Shown here one piece after another: positions 44,379 through 52,306 of a stretch of 64,000 bases of DNA; position 1 is the stretch's first letter; each line of letters starts with the position of its first letter. The position numbers and the translations under genes are program-made. This stretch comes from Alphaproteobacteria bacterium (lineage in GTDB: Bacteria; Pseudomonadota; Alphaproteobacteria; Rickettsiales; SXRF01): NCBI GenBank assembly GCA_025360605.1, contig JANYBV010000038.1:12449-76448 (forward strand). The letters run 5' to 3'. Below the pieces are notes generated by a model, which did not search any database, was not told where the DNA came from, and worked only from the letters and a program-made list of their open reading frames with translations.

Positions 44379-45458
44379 ATGTCCACTAGCACCCCTGTCC
44401 TCACTGTTAATCTCACCGCCATCCGTGCCAATTACCGCCTGCTAAAAACACGCCATGCCAAACAGTCGCTGGCCGCCGTCGTCAAAGCCGATGCCTATGG
44501 CTTGGGTATGGCTGAAGTAGCCGCCGCACTATGGAACGAAGGCTGCCGCACCTATTTTGTCGCCACGCTTGATGAGGCGCTGCGCTTGCGCAAACAACTC
44601 GCCGATGCGCGTATCGGCGTGTTCAACGGCCTGCTTCCCAAGGACGAAAAAAAATACCTGCGCTACCGGCTAACTCCGGTGCTGAATGATTTAGGGCAGG
44701 TGCAGCGTTGGGACAAAACCGCACCCCCTGCGACTCCCGCCATCGTTCATATCGATACCGGTATGACGCGCTTGGGCCTCACCCACAGCGACTTCCAGAC
44801 CATGGTAACGCGCCACCACCATTTCGCCGAACATGGCATCGCCTATGTCATGAGCCACCTCGCCTGCGCCAACGAACCCGAACATCCTAAAAATTTCGAA
44901 CAGCTCACACGCTTTCGTCAGGCCATGCAGTTGCTGCCACGCGTGCGCGGCAGCCTGTGCAATTCCTCCGGATTGTTCCTTGCGCCGAAATTCCATTTCG
45001 ATATGGCGCGCCCCGGATGTGCGCTGTACGGCATCAACCCGACCGAAACCACCAACCCGATGCAACAGGTGGCGACCCTCTGTGCCCCTATATTGCAGGT
45101 GCGCACCCTCGATGCCAATGAATCGGTGGGCTATGGAGCGATGTACAACGCCCCTAAGGGCAGCCGCATCGCGATTGCCGCACTCGGCTATGCCGATGGC
45201 TGGATGCGCCTGCAAAGCGGCAAGGGCTTCGCCTATATCGAAGGCGTGAAGGTGCCGCTGGCGGGACGCGTGTCGATGGATATGGTGGCACTGGATGTCA
45301 GCGCCCTGCCCGCTGATGTCATCACGGCGAATAGCCGCGTGGAATTCATCAACGCGCAGCAAACCGTCGATGATATCGCGAAATACTGTGGCACGATCGG
45401 CTACGAAATTTTTACCCGTATGGGTAACCGTATCGCACGTAAATACGTTACCGCCTGA
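44379..45458 (+). CDS. alr: Alanine racemase
   Basis: 359 aa. AVVKADAYGLG PLP-lysine motif. Confidence 0.93.
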   Translation: MSTSTPVLTVNLTAIRANYRLLKTRHAKQSLAAVVKADAYGLGMAEVAAALWNEGCRTYFVATLDEALRLRKQLADARIGVFNGLLPKDEKKYLRYRLTPVLNDLGQVQRWDKTAPPATPAIVHIDTGMTRLGLTHSDFQTMVTRHHHFAEHGIAYVMSHLACANEPEHPKNFEQLTRFRQAMQLLPRVRGSLCNSSGLFLAPKFHFDMARPGCALYGINPTETTNPMQQVATLCAPILQVRTLDANESVGYGAMYNAPKGSRIAIAALGYADGWMRLQSGKGFAYIEGVKVPLAGRVSMDMVALDVSALPADVITANSRVEFINAQQTVDDIAKYCGTIGYEIFTRMGNRIARKYVTA

Positions 45459-45464
45459 TACGTT

Positions 45465-46442
45465 TCAGCGGCCCGTCTTGGATTGTTTTTTCTCGACGAA
45501 ATGCACATACTCGGAAAATTTATGCTCACGCTCGTCTTCCTTGACCTTTCTGGCCATGTCTTCCAGACGCTGCGCCCAGCGCTGGCATTTGCCGCGTCTG
45601 GCGGGTTCGTGTTCGGTGCGTAATTCCTGCGCAAGCGCGACACAACTGGCTTTGAACACGGGACCTTTCATGGTGAAGGACTGGCCGGTGCGGTTTGAGT
45701 CCTCAATAATACCCTTCACCCAGTTATGATGGTCGACATCGTTAGTAACGTTGATAAAATTGATGGTCTTGTCTTTTCCCTGCGAAATGAATGATTTGGA
45801 GATATGGTCCTGTATCTCGCGGTCGACCACGTCGTTCGATATCTGGGTGTAAAATTTACTGAGTCCTTTAGCGACCTTGCCAAACTCGCCGCTACGCATG
45901 AACGCCGCCAGCATGATCGCATGTTTAATGCGGCGCTGCGAATCCCGTTCATCGTCCGGATCGTCCGCGACCGGCGGATATAATCTGAGTTTGATCCTGC
46001 CCGATCCGCCATTTTCAAATATGCTGTGATCTTTGAGCAGTTGCGGGGCGTATTTCCTGAGCAGGTGATCGGCATGTTTGCCAACATCGTCGGCGATTTT
46101 TTTACGTGGCCCGTATTCACGGTACGGGTCTTCGCTACGCTTCACAAATTTGTCGATCTGCTTGATAAACGCCGTTTCGTATACACTGCTTTCCGCAACC
46201 GGCGCACGCAGCTTGAACAGGTCATAATGTTGCAAGAAATAATTGTTACGGTTGTCGCTTTTTAACCCCGCCAGATAGATATCACGGTCTTCATAACGAA
46301 ATCCGGTGTCGCGGAAAAATTCGCTGGCCGTCACCAAAATCCGCACATCCTTGATGCCTCGGTCTTCGTGAATTTCTTTGAGTATCGGCACAAAATCACG
46401 CAGATTCCGGCAATTCTCATCGATGTGATAAAGTAATTTCAC
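45465..46442 (-). CDS. Hypothetical protein, 325 aa, no recognisable domain
   Basis: Long ORF with GTG start. GTGA overlap with the upstream 60-aa ORF. Rich in charged residues. Confidence 0.6.
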   Translation of the reverse strand: MKLLYHIDENCRNLRDFVPILKEIHEDRGIKDVRILVTASEFFRDTGFRYEDRDIYLAGLKSDNRNNYFLQHYDLFKLRAPVAESSVYETAFIKQIDKFVKRSEDPYREYGPRKKIADDVGKHADHLLRKYAPQLLKDHSIFENGGSGRIKLRLYPPVADDPDDERDSQRRIKHAIMLAAFMRSGEFGKVAKGLSKFYTQISNDVVDREIQDHISKSFISQGKDKTINFINVTNDVDHHNWVKGIIEDSNRTGQSFTMKGPVFKASCVALAQELRTEHEPARRGKCQRWAQRLEDMARKVKEDEREHKFSEYVHFVEKKQSKTGR

Positions 46443-46621
46443 GATGCGGCATCATCCTTGGGGTTTAGAATAAAGTGTACAAAATCCATATCCGGCTTTG
46501 CGTCCTCATCGTCTGATTGCGCTTCGGAGGCACCGCGCGGTGAAACCCTGATGTCTTGTTCTGCCGCACGCGTTTTAATAATTTTTTTGATGGTACTGGT
46601 ACGAAATTCATGGTCGTCCAT
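46439..46621 (-). CDS. Small acidic hypothetical protein (60 aa)
   Basis: 14 D/E versus 9 K/R by hand count. Translationally coupled (GTGA) to the 325-aa ORF. Confidence 0.45.
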   Translation of the reverse strand: MDDHEFRTSTIKKIIKTRAAEQDIRVSPRGASEAQSDDEDAKPDMDFVHFILNPKDDAAS

Positions 46622-46746
46622 GGCTTGCCCTCCCTGTGTACAACCGCCCTCTGCCTACATTACAGGACAGATTGAAATCAGCCTTATATCTACCCGTAAA
46701 TGCAGCTTGTGGCGATAGTTAATTTCCATTTATTAATATTTTTCGC

Positions 46747-47091
46747 ATGGCAAAAACCGCTGCCATAATGCCATTATTTCTGTTATTTTTGAGTGGATTA
46801 TATTTTATTCACTACGACAGGCCACCGGTGCAACCTTATTATTTCTACCTAGCCCGCTGCGCAGACGGCAGCCTGTATGCCGGAACCTGTATCGACCTTC
46901 AGGCGCGGGAAACCATGCACAACGACGGCAAAGGCGCCAAATACACCCGCGCCCGCCGGCCGGTTACGATGGTGTATTACGAACAATTCCCGAATCGCTC
47001 GGAGGCTTGCCGCCGTGAAACCGAGGTGAAGCGCTGGTCTAAAGCACGTAAAGAAAAACTGGCGATATCTCCCACTCCTTTTTATGCTTAA
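46747..47091 (+). CDS. GIY-YIG nuclease-family protein (UPF0213/YhbQ-like)
   Basis: YYFYLARCADGSLYAGTCIDLQARETMHNDGKGAKYTRARRPV...RRETEVKRWSKARK. The track ORF adds a 30-aa hydrophobic N-terminus; an alternative GTG start at 46828 would remove it. Confidence 0.8.
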   Translation: MAKTAAIMPLFLLFLSGLYFIHYDRPPVQPYYFYLARCADGSLYAGTCIDLQARETMHNDGKGAKYTRARRPVTMVYYEQFPNRSEACRRETEVKRWSKARKEKLAISPTPFYA

Positions 47092-47213
47092 AGAACAACC
47101 CGAACAGCATGAGATAGTGTTTATAAATAAGCACTGCACGTTAACACGCTACATTGTAAGAGGAAGAATATGGTTCGCCTGATAAAGAAATTGCGATCCT
47201 TGAGATAAAACGG

Positions 47214-48119
47214 TTAGTTCTCAGGAAGCGCCACGCGGCAACTCACCTCATTGCCACACCCAAGATATTCTATCTCATCAAAGCTCATCATCTTTGAAAG
47301 TGCTATGCCGCGGCCATGGTTGTGTGTGGCACGATCTGGCGATATTTCCATATAATTTTTCCAATTAAAGCCTTTGCCCTCGTCTTTAATGGTAAGCGTA
47401 ATAAAGTGCTTTTCACGAATATACGTTACAAAGACTATCTTTGATGAATTTTCAGGTATAGCAAGGCGTCTATCGACTTCTGCTGCCCAGGTTCCGGTGT
47501 TATTAAGCCGTGATTTTTCTTCATAGGAAATACCCAAATTCCCATGCTCAATCGCGTTGATGATCAATTCTGAAATGCCCAGCACTATATTCTCAGGATT
47601 TGGAAAAAACTGTGACAGAAAAGTTGAAAGATATAGAGCATCATCTAGTGTCTGTGCTTCAAAGCGCGCTTCTCTCACAAGGTTGAGTTTGCGTGTATAT
47701 TTCTTCAGATCTTTGCGCATCTGACTGTAATTCGCGTAATCCTTTACGGCTGCGAATACGACAGACCGCATGATGTCATTGTCGTAAGGCTTGGTAAGGT
47801 AATAATACACGCCAGCCTTGATCCCTTCGACCACCTGCTCTTTTTCTGCAGCAGCGGTCTGCATGATAACCGGAATACCGGAAAACATACTGTTGGCCTT
47901 GATTTTGGCCATAAATTCCATGCCGTTCATGTTCGGCATCATGCGATCAAGCAGAATCGTTTTAATGGTTCCAATATTTTGCTGTAAGACATCCCATGCT
48001 TCCCAGCCGTCTTTCGCAGTGAGCACATGATAACCAGACTCTTCAAGGTCGATCTTGAGCGCGCGAAGATTATTGGGTTCATCATCAACGGCAAGCAGGG
48101 TAATTTTAGTATCAGTCAC
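47214..48119 (-). CDS. Response regulator: REC domain fused to a GHKL (RsbW/SpoIIAB-like) ATPase/kinase domain
   Basis: 301 aa. REC region LLAVDDEPNN...ILLDRMMPNMNG. C-terminal N-box ELIINAIEHGN, G1 DEGKGF, G2 GRGIAL. Confidence 0.85.
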   Translation of the reverse strand: MTDTKITLLAVDDEPNNLRALKIDLEESGYHVLTAKDGWEAWDVLQQNIGTIKTILLDRMMPNMNGMEFMAKIKANSMFSGIPVIMQTAAAEKEQVVEGIKAGVYYYLTKPYDNDIMRSVVFAAVKDYANYSQMRKDLKKYTRKLNLVREARFEAQTLDDALYLSTFLSQFFPNPENIVLGISELIINAIEHGNLGISYEEKSRLNNTGTWAAEVDRRLAIPENSSKIVFVTYIREKHFITLTIKDEGKGFNWKNYMEISPDRATHNHGRGIALSKMMSFDEIEYLGCGNEVSCRVALPEN

Positions 48120-48133
48120 GCTATGTTCCTTGG

Positions 48134-49552
48134 TTAAGGGTGTGAAATGGGAAGGCGTATGAAAAAGGAACTACCGCCATCGAAATTATTTTCCGCCCAT
48201 ATGTGACCATGATGTGCGCAAATAATTTCTGTACAGATAGCAAGCCCAAGGCCTGTCCCGCCTGCGCCCGTTTTAGTCTTGCTGCTTTGTACGAATTTAT
48301 CGAACACGCTTTCCAGCTCGTCCTGTGGGATGCCAACACCCTGATCAGAAACGCATAATATAATATAGGAAGAATCTTTGGCATCTCGCTGAACATAAAT
48401 ATGGATCTGCTTGCCGTTGGGGGTGAATTTGATAGCATTGGAAAGCAAATTAATGATGACTTGTGTGATTTTCTCCTGATCGAGTACGATGAGGGGTGTA
48501 TCTTGATCGATATCCACACATATCATGAGATTTTTGTCTTCCATAAGCCCACTCAATGACTGTAAGGCAGTCTGAACCAAAGAGATAATCGCGTAAGGCT
48601 TAAAGGTGTATTTCATTGCACCCGCTTCGAGTTTCGATAAATCGAGCAGATCATTAAGCAATGTGAGCAAGCGTTTACCACTATCGTGAATGAGGGTTAA
48701 ATTCTCGGCCTGTTCATCCGCACTCCACCGGTCTTTACGCTCCACGCCCTGTCTTGAAAAAGTGATGATGCTATGCATCGGTGTGCGCAACTCATGGCTC
48801 ATATTGGCTAAAAATTCAGATTTGGCAGCATTGGCTTTTTCTGCTGTATGCTTTGCGGTGATCTCACGCTCGCGGCTGGCTTCCAGCTCTTCACGCCAAA
48901 TGCGAATACTGCGGAATACAAAATACCATGCAACAAAAATGAATATTGCCACTGCCGCTACGGCCGTCAGTGCCGCATAAATATTATTCTCCAAGTTAAG
49001 CAAATTCCGATGCGATACCTCACGAATTTTTTCAGATAATGCCCGCCTTCCATCCAAGCGCATTTGGCTGAATTTTTTAAAATTACCATCGACGAGCAGC
49101 TGCTTCGCTTCTTTAATTTGATTTTTATTAATATATTCAAGAGACTTTAATTCTATTATTGCCAACTGATGCGTGGCATCATCCATACTGTGTGCCGCGG
49201 CTTGCAAAGTACTATCCTGCAGCTCGTCAATTTTACTATGAATTTCCAAATGCGTTGCTTTAATATATTTCTTATCGAATTCATCATCGCCGGTTGCAGC
49301 CGCCCCTCTTGCAGACTCAATGATGATCGTATCCAAATATAAAATTTGATCAGCAGCTTCGGCAAGCGCCTGATCTTTGGCTATGTTGTGTGTCAGAAAA
49401 TAATGGATGTATAAACTATTCCCTCCCATCCATATCATCACGCCAAGCGTGAGCACCATGGCCACAGTGAGCAACTTGACAGGAAACGTATATTGATCGC
49501 CACCTTTGGTAAGCTTTTTTTGTAATCCGCGTATCAATATAGAATTGGGCAT
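48134..49552 (-). CDS. Sensor histidine kinase
   Basis: 472 aa. Two TM segments flank a helical periplasmic region of about 150 aa. H-box SHELRTPMHSIITFS, LLSNAIKFT, DQGVGI, GTGLGLAIC. Confidence 0.9.
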   Translation of the reverse strand: MPNSILIRGLQKKLTKGGDQYTFPVKLLTVAMVLTLGVMIWMGGNSLYIHYFLTHNIAKDQALAEAADQILYLDTIIIESARGAAATGDDEFDKKYIKATHLEIHSKIDELQDSTLQAAAHSMDDATHQLAIIELKSLEYINKNQIKEAKQLLVDGNFKKFSQMRLDGRRALSEKIREVSHRNLLNLENNIYAALTAVAAVAIFIFVAWYFVFRSIRIWREELEASREREITAKHTAEKANAAKSEFLANMSHELRTPMHSIITFSRQGVERKDRWSADEQAENLTLIHDSGKRLLTLLNDLLDLSKLEAGAMKYTFKPYAIISLVQTALQSLSGLMEDKNLMICVDIDQDTPLIVLDQEKITQVIINLLSNAIKFTPNGKQIHIYVQRDAKDSSYIILCVSDQGVGIPQDELESVFDKFVQSSKTKTGAGGTGLGLAICTEIICAHHGHIWAENNFDGGSSFFIRLPISHP

Positions 49553-49555
49553 AAA

Positions 49556-51574
49556 TTAGAAACGTCCCGTCAGCGTTAAGAATACCTGACGCTCAATAGT
49601 CGGAAATGGCGACTGCCTTGTTTCTGCCTGAGTGATATTTGCACCCGATAGCGCCACCGTGAATTGTTCGGTAATGTTGTAACCAATCCTGCTGCTGAGC
49701 GCAAAATACCCATCGGTTTGTGTTTTGGTGCCAATAGTCGATTGCATATGTAAGCTGGTGACGGCTTGCCCTGCCGCATCAAATTCCCATGCACCCGTCG
49801 TATAGCCACCCAAGAGGCGGAAGTGATGGGTAGGGGTTGAACCATCATAGCCAAGCTTTTGTGCCGCAAGAACGCTGTCATGAAGCCGTGCATAGCTATA
49901 GCTTCCCGACCACCGATAGCCATCATGTTTGCCTTTGAATTCCACTTCACCACCGAGGCCATGACTTTGCCCCACATTGATGCTTTGATCGAGGGTAAGC
50001 GTATTCGGCCCAACAACGCGCACATGGCTGGTATCCACAGCAAATGCAATCAGGCTATGATTAATTTCATAAAATACCGCGGTTCTAACGTCGGAGTATA
50101 GGCTTGGCACATCGCGATCATATGCCAATTGGTAGTTCTCAACCACCGTAGGGCGAAGGTTCGGGTTACCTTCAATATCAAAATAGGTATTAGCGCCCGT
50201 TTGGACGGTGACGTTATCGCCTCCTTCGATAAAGCTTGGCATTTGGATGCCTCTTCCGTATGTCACACGGAATGTGTCTTGGGGAGTCGCTTCATATACC
50301 AGTCCGGAATTGGCGCTCAGCGCGTTAATATCATGCGAATAATCCGAATTTGTATAAAGCGCATTGGCAAATAAAGTGCCCGTTTGCTTCGCGCTTTGGT
50401 GATCCATGCGCAGTGCATTCGTCCATGATAACTTTTCGTTCATTTGCCATAGCCAAGTACCGCTGGCAGCCAATGCATTCTGCTGAAATTCCGGACGTTG
50501 CGGAAATGCCTGCTGGAAGTTGAAGGAGTAGAATTTATTGCGATATTCTACTTCTGCCCGGAATGTGTGTTTGCTGCCGACTTTGAACTGGTCTTGCAAC
50601 TGGCTTAGAAAGACGTTGGTGTTCGAGGGATATAAGGTGCCATTTATGCGTGATTCACTGCCGGCATGATAATAATAGTTTTTGTTGCAAATCATCCCAT
50701 AGTCTGTTTGCCAATGCACATCGCCACGCAATGAGAATGTGTGTGCAGCCTCTGCAGAACGGTTTGTCAGTGTCGGCTGCTGAGGGTTTTCACGGCTTTC
50801 GGAGTAGGTAAATTCTGTATCAGCCTGAAGCGACGGTGTAAGCTGGAACACGGAACTTTGTGTCACATATTGATGCATCGGATCGAGAATGGCTGCTTTA
50901 TTCGTCGCGTTATACTCGGTATTAAATTCATGGGCATGCAAACCACCTGCACTGATTTTAACACCGCTGGCCTCGCCAATTTTATGGCTGATGGTGGTAT
51001 CGCCTGTGGCTGTAGTTTGTGTGCCAAAACTCGCAGATGCGACATTATTATGATCATACACCGGACTGTAGGTAATGATGTTCACCACTCCGCCTGCTGC
51101 ATTCGAGCCAAACAAAGCGGAAGTAGCCCCTTTTACGACCTCAATTTGCCGTATATCATCGATGTTGACAGGAATATTCCCCCAGATGGTGCGTGAATAG
51201 TCATCTACAAATATTTCTCTACCATCCACAAGCACCAGCAACCGTGGCTGGAACGGCTGTTGATACCCACGCACCCCCACATCAAAAGCATTGACGCCCG
51301 ATTGGAAGATATCGATTCCGGAAACATATCTTCCAATAATTTCAGGGATGTTTCTGCTGCCTGACTGACGAATTTCATCGGCGGTGATGATAGTCATATT
51401 CGCTGCGACGTCGCTGGCACGTTGCGGTGTACCGGTAGCGCTCGTGGTTACGGGTTCCCCGAATAACGATTGCAAGGAACCGTAATCGACCATATCTGCA
51501 TATGCGTTACTCGCCGTTAGCATACTCGTGCAGGCAAGCGACAATAAGCTACGGACAATGTTATATTTTTTCAT
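49556..51574 (-). CDS. TonB-dependent outer-membrane receptor
   Basis: 672 aa. Signal peptide ...SNAYA, plug region (TIITADEIRQSGSRNIPEIIGRYVSGIDI) and beta-barrel ending ...LTLTGRF. Confidence 0.9.
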   Translation of the reverse strand: MKKYNIVRSLLSLACTSMLTASNAYADMVDYGSLQSLFGEPVTTSATGTPQRASDVAANMTIITADEIRQSGSRNIPEIIGRYVSGIDIFQSGVNAFDVGVRGYQQPFQPRLLVLVDGREIFVDDYSRTIWGNIPVNIDDIRQIEVVKGATSALFGSNAAGGVVNIITYSPVYDHNNVASASFGTQTTATGDTTISHKIGEASGVKISAGGLHAHEFNTEYNATNKAAILDPMHQYVTQSSVFQLTPSLQADTEFTYSESRENPQQPTLTNRSAEAAHTFSLRGDVHWQTDYGMICNKNYYYHAGSESRINGTLYPSNTNVFLSQLQDQFKVGSKHTFRAEVEYRNKFYSFNFQQAFPQRPEFQQNALAASGTWLWQMNEKLSWTNALRMDHQSAKQTGTLFANALYTNSDYSHDINALSANSGLVYEATPQDTFRVTYGRGIQMPSFIEGGDNVTVQTGANTYFDIEGNPNLRPTVVENYQLAYDRDVPSLYSDVRTAVFYEINHSLIAFAVDTSHVRVVGPNTLTLDQSINVGQSHGLGGEVEFKGKHDGYRWSGSYSYARLHDSVLAAQKLGYDGSTPTHHFRLLGGYTTGAWEFDAAGQAVTSLHMQSTIGTKTQTDGYFALSSRIGYNITEQFTVALSGANITQAETRQSPFPTIERQVFLTLTGRF

Positions 51575-51596
51575 ACTGTTACCTTTTATCCTACCT

Positions 51597-52154
51597 TCAT
51601 ATTTGTTTGACTAACATGGCAAATACCTGCCCGAAGCTAATCTTCGCCGTATCCGCCGCCGTCTTACTGAAATAGATTTCCACATGCGGTTTCGACACCA
51701 AACCCAGCACGCATTTATTGGCCTGAACACATCCCAGATCGGTAGACATGGTCAGCACATTGTTTGCCGCGGCGGCATCGCCGATATTATCATAGTGATG
51801 ACTCAGCCCGCTGCTCAGGATGGCAATCTGGCTACCTGCCATTTTCCCTAATTCATTGATGGGAACTAGTGTAGCAATGAGCTTTAAACCACCCGGCGCT
51901 TCAAACTTGTCATCGATTATGGCTTTGATCCCCACAGCCTCTTCTTTGGAGGCAGGATTTAAAGGATCGAATATAATGGCAACGGATGCTGTGCCGATTA
52001 TTTTGTTGGTAAGAAGTGGCAGTGTTTTCATGCCCACCGATAAATCAGCCTGATCGGTGGCGGCAGAGGCAGGCGAGGCAGCAAATACCATGAAACAGAA
52101 GGCAAGCGAGAGAGCGTGTACGACAAAATCAGGCATTATTTTTGCATCAGCCAT
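51597..52154 (-). CDS. Periplasmic protein, possibly YfiR/DUF4154-like
   Basis: 185 aa with signal peptide (...ASPASA). The C-terminal pattern NVLTMSTDLGCVQANKCVLGLVSKPHVEIYFSKTAADTAKISF is reminiscent of the YfiR family; this call is weak. It is the first gene of a four-gene operon. Confidence 0.6.
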   Translation of the reverse strand: MADAKIMPDFVVHALSLAFCFMVFAASPASAATDQADLSVGMKTLPLLTNKIIGTASVAIIFDPLNPASKEEAVGIKAIIDDKFEAPGGLKLIATLVPINELGKMAGSQIAILSSGLSHHYDNIGDAAAANNVLTMSTDLGCVQANKCVLGLVSKPHVEIYFSKTAADTAKISFGQVFAMLVKQI

Positions 52155-52306
52155 AATTATCTATGTGTATTTTTCGGCAAGAAACCCCTCTCAGGTTGCA
52201 TAAGAAAATCATAAAACAACTAATAAATAGTAAAGACCATTTATTAAAACCAAATAACTCGTTGGAAAACTTTCAGAGTACATGCAGGTTTATGAGCCAC
52301 AGGTGG

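Noticed and set aside
48121-48519. 132-aa minus-strand ORF overlapping the 3' end of the histidine kinase gene in another frame
   Set aside because: The kinase frame carries the complete N, G1 and G2 boxes across this interval. The alternative frame has no motif and would overlap almost entirely.
52155-52306. Possible cobalamin or other riboswitch upstream of the TonB-dependent receptor operon
   Set aside because: The spacer is only about 150 nt and AT-rich, and has no B12-box-like or other conserved riboswitch core that I could recognise. The receptor is not the first gene of the operon.
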